A stretch of 64,000 nucleotides of DNA from an uncultured Lachnospiraceae bacterium (GTDB taxonomy: Bacteria; Bacillota; Clostridia; Lachnospirales; Lachnospiraceae). The position numbers were made by a program, and so were the translations under genes. The stretch lies in NCBI GenBank assembly GCA_947626395.1, contig CANQRU010000004.1:21524-85523 (forward strand), given 5' to 3'. Below are positions 10,066 to 19,465 of this stretch, one piece after another (the stretch's first letter is position 1; every line of letters begins with the position of its first letter). Under the pieces are notes generated by a model. It was not told the DNA's origin, made no database searches, and saw only the letters and a program-made list of their open reading frames with translations.

Positions 10066-11244
10066 TCACTTCTTCAGACTGTCGATGGTCTCCAGCAGAT
10101 AATCGGTGAATTCCGCCGCGCTGGCGCCGTCCACATCGGTGGTGACTACTTTTTTCCGCTCGGTGATCGTGCAGATATCCAGCGCCTGATCCAATACCGC
10201 CTTCCGGTCCGCGTAGCCGATATGGGCCATCAGCATGCCCGCCGCCCGGATCAGGGAGCAGGGATCCGCGTACTCGCCGCGGCCGTGGCTCATCAGATAC
10301 GGGGCCGTGCCGTGGATCGCCTCGAACATGGCGTATTTATTGCCCAGATTGGAGGAGGAAGCAGTACCCAGGCCGCCCTGGTGCTCGGCCGCCACGTCGG
10401 TAACGATATCGCCGTAGAGGTTGGGCAGAACGATGACCTCGATTCCCGCGTTAAACTGCGGATCCATCATTTTGGCCGCCATGGCGTCTACGAGCCGCTC
10501 CTGGATCTCGATCTCCGGATACTCCTCGCCCACCTTGCGGACCGCCTTGATAAAGTTGCCGTCGGCCAGCTTCACGATATTGGCCTTGGTAACGATGGTC
10601 ACATTCTTCTTGCCGTTCTTTCTCGCGTAGTCGAACGCCATTCTTGCGATACGCTCGCTGCCCTGGCTGGTCTGGACCTTGAAATCCACGGCCAGATCGT
10701 CGCTGACCTGAATTCCCTTGTTGCCCCAGATGTACTCGCCCTCGATGTTCTCACGGAAGAAGGTCCAGTCGATGCCCTTCTCCGGGATGCGGATCGGACG
10801 GACCGCCGCGAACAGTTCCAGACCCCGGCGCAGCAGACTGTTGGCGCTGACCAGATTGGGCCAGGGCTCTCCGGCTCTCGGCGTGACCATGGGGCCTTTG
10901 ATCAGGACGTTGCACTTCTTGATCTCTTCGAAGACATCATCCGGAAGGCTCTGCAGCTTCGCCGCCCGGTTCTCGATCGTCATGCCCTCGATATGACGCA
11001 GCTCGATGCGGCCGCTTTCGATCTCCGGCGCCAGCAGGTTATTAAGGACCCGCAGGGCCTGCTTCATGATGATCGGGCCGATGCCGTCGCCGGGCAGAAC
11101 GCCGACAACGATCCTGTCCAGCTTGTCAAAGTCCGTGACCTCCTGGTCCGCCTTCATCCGCTCGATCCGCTCAAACTCCGACCGGATCAGCTCTCCGAAC
11201 TTTTCCTGCGCCGCCCGGATCTCATTTTCTCTGTCCACGCTCAT
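10066..11244 (-). CDS. icd: Isocitrate/isopropylmalate dehydrogenase family, probably isocitrate dehydrogenase
   Basis: GDGIGP, KGP, S-A-N-x3-RR...VRP (Ser/Asn isocitrate-type residues), RENIEGEY, KANIVK, PNLYGDIVTD, EAIHGTAP. Confidence 0.75.
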   Translation of the reverse strand: MSVDRENEIRAAQEKFGELIRSEFERIERMKADQEVTDFDKLDRIVVGVLPGDGIGPIIMKQALRVLNNLLAPEIESGRIELRHIEGMTIENRAAKLQSLPDDVFEEIKKCNVLIKGPMVTPRAGEPWPNLVSANSLLRRGLELFAAVRPIRIPEKGIDWTFFRENIEGEYIWGNKGIQVSDDLAVDFKVQTSQGSERIARMAFDYARKNGKKNVTIVTKANIVKLADGNFIKAVRKVGEEYPEIEIQERLVDAMAAKMMDPQFNAGIEVIVLPNLYGDIVTDVAAEHQGGLGTASSSNLGNKYAMFEAIHGTAPYLMSHGRGEYADPCSLIRAAGMLMAHIGYADRKAVLDQALDICTITERKKVVTTDVDGASAAEFTDYLLETIDSLKK

Positions 11245-11305
11245 TTGAAATACCCTCCTTTACTTCCGTTTCTCTGTTTATGAGAGTATTATAGCGTAAA
11301 TATTC

Positions 11306-11343
11306 TCATAAGTAAAATATATATATTGCTATGTATTTTATAT
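11306..11343. promoter_or_regulatory. AT-rich 38-bp motif copy A, upstream of icd (probable LysR/CcpC-type site)
   Basis: TCATAAGTAAAATATATATATTGCTATGTATTTTATAT, 35/38 identical to 14522-14559. Confidence 0.65.
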
Positions 11344-11407
11344 GATTTTGTCTATCATCTTCTGCTTTGGGACCATCCGCAGGTATTCCGGCATCCTCCG
11401 GCCCGCC

Positions 11408-12328
11408 TCAGAACACCCGGCTCAGCACGATGCACCACACCGGCAGAAGCGCCATCGACAGGATCGTCGTCAGCACCACGCACTGGGAAGCAAATACCTC
11501 GTCGCCGTGATATTTGGCGGCCAGGATCGCCGTCGTGGAACCGGCCGGCATCGCCGCCAAGACGACGGAGAGTCCTGCTGCCGTGGAATCCACATGAAAC
11601 AGCCGGCAGCCGATCATCACGGCCAGCGGGATCGCCAGAAGCCGGATCACAGAAAAGATTACTGTGATCTTATTCACCATATTCTTAAAACCGGCGTCGG
11701 CCAGGATCAGGCCGATCAGCATCATCGTCATCGCCGTATTGCAGCCGCCCAGACTCTTCACGCCGCGGCTCACTACGCCCGGAAGCCGGATCTGGGTCAG
11801 CATCAGGAACATTCCGATGAATACGGCGATGATGCACGGGTGGGTGATAACCTTTTTAAACACTTCCTTCTTATTCGGCGATTCGGTAAAATAGGATACG
11901 CCCGCCGACCACATGACGATCCGCTGGGGGATCAGATAGATGGACGCGTAGAGAAGCCCCAGGGAGCCGTAGAGCCCTTCGGCGATGGGATTGCCCAGGA
12001 AACCGGCGTTGGAGCAGACCGTACCGTACTGCAGGATCATCCGCTGCCGCTTCGGCACTTTCTTATAACAGAAAGCGCTGATCAGCGTGCAGAATAACTG
12101 CAGCACCAGGGAGATCAGAAGGACCTGCAGACCGGCCATCAGAAGTTCCTGGTTGAATTCGATGGAAAACGCGGTAATGATGTTGCAGGGCAGGATGATG
12201 TCGATGACCAGATCCGTCAGCATCTTCTTGCCCTCCGCGGTCAGGATATTCCTTTTCCGAAGGAAAAATCCGACCCCCATCAGGATAAACATCATAAACT
12301 GCAGTTCGAATAAGCCTTCCAAATTCAT
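11408..12328 (-). CDS. AEC (auxin efflux carrier / malate permease) family transporter
   Basis: About 10 TM helices, SNAGFLGNPI, AMPAGSTTAILA. Confidence 0.9.
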   Translation of the reverse strand: MNLEGLFELQFMMFILMGVGFFLRKRNILTAEGKKMLTDLVIDIILPCNIITAFSIEFNQELLMAGLQVLLISLVLQLFCTLISAFCYKKVPKRQRMILQYGTVCSNAGFLGNPIAEGLYGSLGLLYASIYLIPQRIVMWSAGVSYFTESPNKKEVFKKVITHPCIIAVFIGMFLMLTQIRLPGVVSRGVKSLGGCNTAMTMMLIGLILADAGFKNMVNKITVIFSVIRLLAIPLAVMIGCRLFHVDSTAAGLSVVLAAMPAGSTTAILAAKYHGDEVFASQCVVLTTILSMALLPVWCIVLSRVF

Positions 12329-12472
12329 GGTGCACGTCCTCTTTCTCTTTCTGTCTTTCCGCAGCCGCGACAGGCCGGGAAACGCTGCTCCCGGCGACGG
12401 CTGGCCCAGGCATCGTCGCGCCGGGCAGCGGCCGGCCCTTTCGCCGGTTCCGGCCTGACTGTCTGCCTCCGC

Positions 12473-14449
12473 TTACCCGGTGATCACGCCCCGCTGCTTC
12501 AGTTCATTCTTCAGATACCGCAGCTGGCCGCCGCACAGCAGCACCTCCAGCTCGTCGTCGGAGAGATCCAACTTCGCCTTAAATGCGATCTTCTTCGTCT
12601 TGTCCGTGATCGTAACCTCCCGCGCGGCCATCTGGTCGCGCAGACCGTCGATCACGATCTCATCCATCTGGTCGATCTTATCATAATCAGCCGGATCCGC
12701 GAAGGTCATCGGGATCACGCCGTGATTTACCAGATTGCCCTTGTGGATGCGGGCCATGCTCTTGGCGATGACCGCCTTCACGCCCAGGTACATCGGATTA
12801 ATGGCCGCGTGCTCGCGGGAAGAGCCCTGACCGTAATTCTCGCCTCCGATGATGATGCTCTTGCCCAGTTCCCTCGCCCGCTCCGCGAACGACGGATCGT
12901 AGCGGTGGTAGCAGTACTGGCTCATCAGCGGAATATTGGACCGCATGCTGGAGAACTCGGCGCTGGCCGGCGTGATATCGTCGGTAGAAATGTTGTCCCC
13001 CGCCTTTAAGCTGACGCGGCACTCCAGATGCTGTTCGGGAGCGTCCGGCACCGGCAGGAACGCGATATTCGGGCCTTTGACGACCTCCACCTTCTCCCGC
13101 TCCTTTGCGTCCTCGATCGGAGCGATCAGCAGGGCGTCGTTATCCTCCATGAACATCTCCGGCGTATGGATGGTGTCCAGGATCTTCACTTCCTCGCCCA
13201 TGACCTCTTCCGCCGTAGTGAAACGGTCGGTGACGGCGCAGGCCGCCGCGGTCTCCGGGCTTACCAGATAGACCAGGGCGTTGGGATTGCCGGAACGGCC
13301 GCGGAAATTGCGGTTGGTCGTGCGGACCGCCACGCCGTTGGTGGCAGGCGTCTGGCCGATGGCGCAGCAGGGGCCGCAGGCCAGCTCCAGGAAGCGGACT
13401 CCGGCTTCCAGCATCATATCGATGTAGCCGTCCTTCAAAAGCTGCCTGTAGATCTGCTTGGAATCCACGATGCAGGTACAGCTGACATTTTCATGGACAT
13501 GACGTCCCTTAAGAACCAGGGCCGCCTTGGCGATGTCCTTATAGGAGCCGTTGGTGCATCCGCCGATCAGCACCTGCTGGACCGCCTTCTGCTCCGCCTC
13601 GCTGACCTTGCAGACATTATCCGGCTGGTGCGGGCAGGCGATCAGCGGCTCAAGCTCGCTTAAATTGATCTCGATCTCGCCGTCATACTCCGCGCCTTCA
13701 TCCGGCAGAAGCTCTATGTACTGATCCTCTCTTCCCACGGAACGCATGAATCTGCGGACCTGTTCGTCCGCCGGGAAAATAGATGTGGTAGCGCCAAGTT
13801 CGGCGCCCATGTTGGTGATGGTCACCCGGTCTTCGACCTCCAGTTCCGCGGCGCCCGGCCCTACATACTCATAGATCTTCCCAAGACCGCCCTTCACGGT
13901 ATTGCGGCGCAGCATCTCCAGGATCACGTCCTTGGCGCTGCATCCGGGGCGGAGATGCCCGGTCAGGTTCACCTTGATGATCTGCGGCATTTTCAGACGC
14001 ATGGGCACGCCGGTCATGGCGGTCGCCACATCCATGCCGCCCACGCCGATGCACATCATGCCGATGGATCCGCCGTGGGGCGTGTGGCTGTCGCCGCCCA
14101 TGGACAGCTTGCCGGGTACGCCGAAGCGGGCCACATGCACCGCGTGGCAGATTCCGTTACCGGGACGCGACACATAGACGCCGTATTTCTTCGCGATAGA
14201 CTGAAGATAAATATGGTCATCCGGCGTCTTAAAATCCATATACAGCAGGTTGTGATCCAGGTAGCTTACGCTGGTCTCCACCTGGGTCTTGTCAAGGCCG
14301 ATCTGCTCGAACGCCAGGTAGGTCATGACCGCGTTGATGTCGTGGGTCAGGGTCTGATCCACCTTCAGATAGATCTCCTCCCCCGGGACCATGTCCGACG
14401 GCTGCGCCAGATGGGCCGTCAGGATCTTTTTCGACAGGTTCATTGCCAT
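12473..14449 (-). CDS. acn: Aconitate hydratase (compact ~650-aa bacterial type)
   Basis: DHN, GICH, GGDSHT, IGGCTNG, CGPCC, TTNRNF, DDITPA, ENYGQGSSREHAA. Confidence 0.88.
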   Translation of the reverse strand: MAMNLSKKILTAHLAQPSDMVPGEEIYLKVDQTLTHDINAVMTYLAFEQIGLDKTQVETSVSYLDHNLLYMDFKTPDDHIYLQSIAKKYGVYVSRPGNGICHAVHVARFGVPGKLSMGGDSHTPHGGSIGMMCIGVGGMDVATAMTGVPMRLKMPQIIKVNLTGHLRPGCSAKDVILEMLRRNTVKGGLGKIYEYVGPGAAELEVEDRVTITNMGAELGATTSIFPADEQVRRFMRSVGREDQYIELLPDEGAEYDGEIEINLSELEPLIACPHQPDNVCKVSEAEQKAVQQVLIGGCTNGSYKDIAKAALVLKGRHVHENVSCTCIVDSKQIYRQLLKDGYIDMMLEAGVRFLELACGPCCAIGQTPATNGVAVRTTNRNFRGRSGNPNALVYLVSPETAAACAVTDRFTTAEEVMGEEVKILDTIHTPEMFMEDNDALLIAPIEDAKEREKVEVVKGPNIAFLPVPDAPEQHLECRVSLKAGDNISTDDITPASAEFSSMRSNIPLMSQYCYHRYDPSFAERARELGKSIIIGGENYGQGSSREHAAINPMYLGVKAVIAKSMARIHKGNLVNHGVIPMTFADPADYDKIDQMDEIVIDGLRDQMAAREVTITDKTKKIAFKAKLDLSDDELEVLLCGGQLRYLKNELKQRGVITG

Positions 14450-14521
14450 AAGAAATACCCTCCTTTACTCATTTGCCTTAGATAACGTGCATTCTCCTGT
14501 TAATTATATAACTGAGGGCAT

Positions 14522-14559
14522 TCATAAGTAAAATATATATTTTGATATGAATTTTATAT
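14522..14559. promoter_or_regulatory. AT-rich 38-bp motif copy B, upstream of aconitase
   Basis: TCATAAGTAAAATATATATTTTGATATGAATTTTATAT, 35/38 identical to 11306-11343. Confidence 0.65.
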
Positions 14560-14567
14560 TATATCAT

Positions 14568-15452
14568 CTATTGATGACATCCGCGGATATCATTCAGCGC
14601 TTCCCCGATATCCCCGTCGATGCAGACGCTCCGCTCCGCGATCTCCTCCGGGCAGTACGCCTGCCCGTAATTTACGCAGGCATACACGGCCTCCGGATTC
14701 GCCGCCGTCATCTTCCAGAACGGGTACTTGATGATCACGGGCGTGTTGTAGCCTACGCCCAATTCCAGGAAGAGAATCCTCCGCCCATCCTGCCGTGTGC
14801 GCAGGAACTCCTCGTACCGCGCCGCGGCCGCGTGCCAGCCCTCGTCCTCCACGAATTTATCGTCGGAACGCAGATTCATCGTCAGAGGCCGGCCGCAGTG
14901 CGGACAGACCGGAAGCAGTTCCGACGGAACCCGCATATTCTCCTGCCGCTCCATCATCTGCCGGACCACGCTCTCATTGTCATAGGTCTCCTGGCGGCAC
15001 GGACCGGAACACTGAAACAGGCCGTAATCACCCTGGGTGTAGAAAAGCCGCTGTTTGTCAAAACCCGCCTTCTGGAAGCAATGATCCACGTTGGTCGTGA
15101 TGACGAAATAATCTTTCTCTTTAATCAGCGCGAGCAGTTCCTCATAGACCGGCTTCGGCGCGTCCTGATAACGATTGATGAAAATATAGCGGCTCCAGTA
15201 CGCCCAGAACTCCTCCGGACTTGCAAACGGATAGAAGCCGCCGGAGTACATGTCGCGGAACCCGTACCGCGCCGCGAAATCAGAGAAGTATTTCTCGAAC
15301 CGCTCTCCGGTATATACAAATCCAGCGGAGGTAGACAGGCCCGCTCCCGCGCCGACGACCACGGCCTCAGCCGCACTAAGTGCCTCACGGAACCTCCTGA
15401 TATTATCCGAGTAACTCCCGGTAAATTTCGTAATCGATATCTTTAAAGACAT
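14568..15452 (-). CDS. Sir2-family protein, class M (SirTM-like ADP-ribosyltransferase)
   Basis: VGAGAGLSTSAG, TTNVD, TQG (lacks catalytic His of deacetylases), CPHCG, ELGVG; directly downstream of macrodomain gene. Confidence 0.85.
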   Translation of the reverse strand: MSLKISITKFTGSYSDNIRRFREALSAAEAVVVGAGAGLSTSAGFVYTGERFEKYFSDFAARYGFRDMYSGGFYPFASPEEFWAYWSRYIFINRYQDAPKPVYEELLALIKEKDYFVITTNVDHCFQKAGFDKQRLFYTQGDYGLFQCSGPCRQETYDNESVVRQMMERQENMRVPSELLPVCPHCGRPLTMNLRSDDKFVEDEGWHAAAARYEEFLRTRQDGRRILFLELGVGYNTPVIIKYPFWKMTAANPEAVYACVNYGQAYCPEEIAERSVCIDGDIGEALNDIRGCHQ

Positions 15453-16164
15453 TGAAGATCACCTCCGTATCGCCTCTGTACTCCTGCACCGTCCGCACCG
15501 CGATCTCCGCAGCCGGTTTATTCGGGAAATGGAACTCGCCTGTGGAAATACAGCAGAACGCCACGCTTTTGATCCCACGCCGCTGCGCCAGCTTAAGGCA
15601 GGAGCGGTAGCAGGACGCAAGAAGCTCCCGGTCATTCTGCGTTACGCCGCCAAATACAATCGGGCCGACCGTATGAAGGACATACTCGCAGGGCAGGTTA
15701 TAGGCGGACGTAAGCTTCGCCTGACCGGTCGGCTCTTCATGACCCTGCTCCTCCATGATCCCGGCGCAGGCAAGGCGCAGCTGCACGCCGGCGTAGGTGT
15801 GGATCACATTGTCGATACAGCCGTGGCACGGAACATAGCAGCCCGTCATACCGGAGTTCGCCGCGTTCACGATAGCGCCGCATCTCAGCGTGGTGATGTC
15901 CCCCTGCCAGAGATAGATACCCTGCTCCGCAGGCGTCAGATCCTCCAGCTTCGTGACGCCTTTGGCGGCGGTCGCCGCCTGCAGGTACTCGTCCTGCACC
16001 GCCAGGAAATCCTCGCTGATGGGGCGCGGCGGGCGGACGTTCATCAGGGAGCGGAGCAGGCGTTTCTGCCCTTCTTCGCCTGCGGGTACCCGCAGGCCTC
16101 GATACTGCGGCTCCTCATTGATGAGCCGCCTGATCAGGAATATCCGTTTTTCCTCCTGCGTCAT
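15403..16164 (-). CDS. Macrodomain protein-ADP-ribose hydrolase, Zn-macro type
   Basis: GDIT, IVNAAN, GCYVPCHGCIDNVIH Zn loop, HTVGP, FCCISTGEF. Confidence 0.9.
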   Translation of the reverse strand: MTQEEKRIFLIRRLINEEPQYRGLRVPAGEEGQKRLLRSLMNVRPPRPISEDFLAVQDEYLQAATAAKGVTKLEDLTPAEQGIYLWQGDITTLRCGAIVNAANSGMTGCYVPCHGCIDNVIHTYAGVQLRLACAGIMEEQGHEEPTGQAKLTSAYNLPCEYVLHTVGPIVFGGVTQNDRELLASCYRSCLKLAQRRGIKSVAFCCISTGEFHFPNKPAAEIAVRTVQEYRGDTEVIFNVFKDIDYEIYRELLG

Positions 16165-16249
16165 ATTTTTCCACACCTTTCTTTCACCAACTTTATCCAG
16201 TATAGCAAAAACGTCTCCGGCTTTCAACCGCAGACGTTTGAGTTATTGC

Positions 16250-17101
16250 CTATTCTTTCGCGAAGAACGCCGCCGCGATCGCGCCGGGACCGGCATGCGT
16301 GCTGATCGTACTGCCGATCATGGTCGACGGCAGGCTGTCCAGATGCCCCTCCCAGAGCGCGCGGCTGTTCTCGATATACTCCCTCAGAAGACTGTCGTCC
16401 GTCCCGGAATAGGCGAGCATGACCGGCATGTCAAAATCGACGCCGCCCTTTTTCATGATAAATTCCGTCAGCATATTGCTGCTCTGCTTCGACCCCCGCG
16501 CCTTCCCGATGACCTTGACCACGCCGTCCTCCACGCTGAGGACCGGCTTGATATTAAGGAGCGTCCCCGCCAGGCCGGCAGTTTTCGACAGCCGCCCGCC
16601 GCGGACAAGATATTCCAGCGTATCCACTCTCGCCAGAAGGCAGACCCTGGACTTCATCCGGTTCAGCTGCCCCGCAATCTCCCCGGCACCCAGACCCAGG
16701 CTGCGCAGGCGGACCGCATAGTCGATCAGGATCCGCTGACCGATGGTGACAGTCCCGCTGTCCACAATCCACACATTTCCCGGAAACTCCTCCGCGGCGA
16801 TCGTGGCGCTCTGCAGCGTCCCGGAAAGTTTCCCGGAAAGCGTAATGACCACCACCTCGTCTCCATTCTCAGCGGCAGCGCGGAACGCGTCCCCGAACTC
16901 CGCCGGGGAGAGCTGGCTCGTGGTCGGCAGCGTCCTGCATTTCTCCAGCTTCTCGTAAAATTCTTCCGTCGTTATCGTTACGCCGTCCAGGTACTCCACT
17001 CCGTCGATGATCGTCTTCAGCGGCAGCACCGTGACGCCCATTTTCTTCGCTTCGCTCTGCGGGATATCGCAGGCGGAGTCGCTTAAAATTCTTACAGCCA
17101 T
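16250..17101 (-). CDS. degV: DegV/FakB fatty-acid-binding protein
   Basis: ILSDSACDI, PTTSQ, LSGKLSGT, YLVRGGR, HAGPG. Confidence 0.92.
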   Translation of the reverse strand: MAVRILSDSACDIPQSEAKKMGVTVLPLKTIIDGVEYLDGVTITTEEFYEKLEKCRTLPTTSQLSPAEFGDAFRAAAENGDEVVVITLSGKLSGTLQSATIAAEEFPGNVWIVDSGTVTIGQRILIDYAVRLRSLGLGAGEIAGQLNRMKSRVCLLARVDTLEYLVRGGRLSKTAGLAGTLLNIKPVLSVEDGVVKVIGKARGSKQSSNMLTEFIMKKGGVDFDMPVMLAYSGTDDSLLREYIENSRALWEGHLDSLPSTMIGSTISTHAGPGAIAAAFFAKE

Positions 17102-17574
17102 CTGTCAATGACCTCCTGTATCTGATTATTCCTGTTCAGCCCGTCAAAACCGCCGGCCAGCGTTCTTAACGTGCGGTAAAATGTGACAAGATCCTCCTCG
17201 GGGATCCCGCGGCTCACTGTATCCTGGACCTCCGCGGCCACAGCCGAGATGACGTCCGCCAGCTCCCGCCCCTTATCCGTAAGCTCCAGCTTCCATCCGT
17301 AACGCCGCTTCCCATTTCCGTCCCGGGTGAAAATGATCCCCTTCTCGAAGAGCTCGTCGATCTCCCTGGAGACCAGGCTGCGGTCGGACTGCCCGGCCGC
17401 AGCCAGCTCCGACGCCGACATTCCCTCCGGATGTTCCCGCAGCAGATAGATCCAGAACACATGAACTGCCTTCAGTCCGAGCTGCGCCGTGTAGCGCGCC
17501 TTCAGCTTCTGAATACTGCCGTAAATTCCCGATATGAGGGATGAAAATTCTTCAAAACGTTCCTGTTCCAGCAT
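17092..17574 (-). CDS. MarR-family winged-helix regulator, co-transcribed with degV
   Basis: SASELAAAGQSDRSLVSREIDEL...LTDKGR; 160 aa; overlaps degV start. Confidence 0.8.
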   Translation of the reverse strand: MLEQERFEEFSSLISGIYGSIQKLKARYTAQLGLKAVHVFWIYLLREHPEGMSASELAAAGQSDRSLVSREIDELFEKGIIFTRDGNGKRRYGWKLELTDKGRELADVISAVAAEVQDTVSRGIPEEDLVTFYRTLRTLAGGFDGLNRNNQIQEVIDRWL

Positions 17575-17608
17575 GACGGTTTCCCTCCCGAGTCTGTATT
17601 ATAGGACA

Positions 17609-17632
17609 TAAATGTTTACTTGTCAACATTTA
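17609..17632. promoter_or_regulatory. Palindromic operator upstream of MarR gene
   Basis: TAAATGTT-tacttgtc-AACATTTA, perfect 8-bp arms. Confidence 0.55.
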
Positions 17633-17736
17633 ACTTATCAATACTCTGCACGGAATAATATCCTTGCTATTTTCCGCCCTCTATGGTATATTATCCACGT
17701 AAAATCAAACGATTCCACCACTGGGGGAAAGCAATC

Positions 17737-18501
17737 ATGGTTGAAGTTTGGGATGTCACGATTCCGGAGCTGACCGGCGACGAGCCGCGGCGCGCTTACA
17801 TTTACCTTCCGGAGTCCTACCTGCACGAGCCGGACCGGCGCTACCCGGTTCTCTACATGTTCGACGGACATAATGTCTTCTTCGACGAGGACGCCACCTA
17901 CGGCAAATCCTGGGGCATGACGGAATACATGGAATTCTCGGAGACGGAGCTGATCATCGCGGCCGTGGAATGCAACCATCATCCGGACAACGGGCGGCTC
18001 AGCGAGTACTCGCCGTTCTCTTTCAGGGACGTCCACTTCGGCAATATCACCGGACGCGGGCGCGCTACCATGCGGTGGATGATCCGTTCTTTCAAAGCCT
18101 ACATCGACCAGAATTACCGCACGCTTCCCGACCGGAAGCACACCTTCATCGCAGGCAGTTCCATGGGCGGGCTCATGAGCCTCTACGCGGTAACCGCCTA
18201 TAATCGGTATTTCTCCAGGGCAGCGGCGCTCTCGCCCTCCCTCTGGACGAATCCCGCGGGGATCGAGCACATGATCAGGCGGACCGACATTCGGCCCGGC
18301 ACCGTTGTCTACATGGACTACGGCTCCGAGGAAATGAAGAACCACATCGGCATGGAGAAGCAGTTCAAGAAGGTTTCCGGGATGCTTCTGGACCGCGGGA
18401 TCTGGCTCTCGACGCGTATCGTGCCGAACGGCGATCACAGCGAGGCCAGCTGGGAGAAGCAGATTCCGTTTTTCATGGAGACGTTATTATATGACTTATA
18501 A
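17737..18501 (+). CDS. Alpha/beta hydrolase, putative esterase
   Basis: YPVLYMFDGHN, GSSMGG nucleophile elbow, DYG..E, GDHSE. Confidence 0.88.
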   Translation: MVEVWDVTIPELTGDEPRRAYIYLPESYLHEPDRRYPVLYMFDGHNVFFDEDATYGKSWGMTEYMEFSETELIIAAVECNHHPDNGRLSEYSPFSFRDVHFGNITGRGRATMRWMIRSFKAYIDQNYRTLPDRKHTFIAGSSMGGLMSLYAVTAYNRYFSRAAALSPSLWTNPAGIEHMIRRTDIRPGTVVYMDYGSEEMKNHIGMEKQFKKVSGMLLDRGIWLSTRIVPNGDHSEASWEKQIPFFMETLLYDL

Positions 18502-18542
18502 TTGAATGCCGCGCCGCCATCCGGCGCAGGAAGGAGACATTT

Positions 18543-19301
18543 ATGGAGACACAGTATTTCAAGGAATACAGCCCGGCCCTGGGCCGCGATATGGAATGCA
18601 AGGTCTACGGCCACGCCGGCCGCCCCATGATCTATATCCCCTGCCAGAACGGTCGCTTCTATGATTTCGAGAATTTCCACATGGCTGGCACCTGGGGACC
18701 CTGGATCGAGAGCGGCAAGCTGATGGTGCTCTCCGTCGACACGATGGACCAGGAAACCTGGTCCGATACCTACGGCGATCCCCGTCGGCGCATCGAGCGC
18801 CACGAGGCCTGGAACCAGTATGTGGTCGGCGAGGCGGCGCAGAAGATCCGCCATATGGCGATGGAGCGCAACGGCTGGGATGAACTGCCCGGCGTCATGG
18901 TATTCGGAAGCAGCCTGGGCGCCACCCACGCGGTAAACTTCTATTTCCGGTGGCCGGACGTCTTCGACCGTCTGCTGGCGCTTTCCGGCATCTATACGGC
19001 GGAATACGGCTTCGGCGCCTACATGGACGATCTGGTCTATCTGAATTCGCCGGTCCATTACCTGGCCAATATGCCCACCGACCATCCCTACATCGCCAAG
19101 TACAATAAGCACAAGGCGGTAATCTGCGTAGGCCAGGGCCCGTGGGAGATGCCCGATTCCACCCGTCAGCTTCACGGCATCCTGGACTGGAAAGAGATCT
19201 ACGCCTGGGTCGATTACTGGGGCTACGACTGCGCCCATGACTGGGACTGGTGGTATAAGCAGGTCGTGTATTTCGCGCCGTATCTGCTGGATATGGGATG
19301 A
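18543..19301 (+). CDS. Putative esterase family protein
   Basis: YFKEYSPALGRDM, GSSLGA, AHDW. Confidence 0.85.
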   Translation: METQYFKEYSPALGRDMECKVYGHAGRPMIYIPCQNGRFYDFENFHMAGTWGPWIESGKLMVLSVDTMDQETWSDTYGDPRRRIERHEAWNQYVVGEAAQKIRHMAMERNGWDELPGVMVFGSSLGATHAVNFYFRWPDVFDRLLALSGIYTAEYGFGAYMDDLVYLNSPVHYLANMPTDHPYIAKYNKHKAVICVGQGPWEMPDSTRQLHGILDWKEIYAWVDYWGYDCAHDWDWWYKQVVYFAPYLLDMG

Positions 19302-19465
19302 GCCTGAAATCTCCACTCCGTTTCAGCGGATGGAGATTCCCCATTTTGATTCAACACGTTGAATCGATACAAGTAAAAACCGGCATCGCATATGCTGCCA
19401 TAAACCTGCGGGCCGATACACATTTCAGATAAAACAGCAAACCATTACGAGGAGGATATGAAAAA

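Noticed and set aside
12330-12470. Riboswitch or ncRNA between aconitase and the AEC transporter
   Set aside because: GC-rich with a CAGGCCGG/CCGGCCTG inverted pair, but no recognisable aptamer; pairing is expected by chance at this GC.
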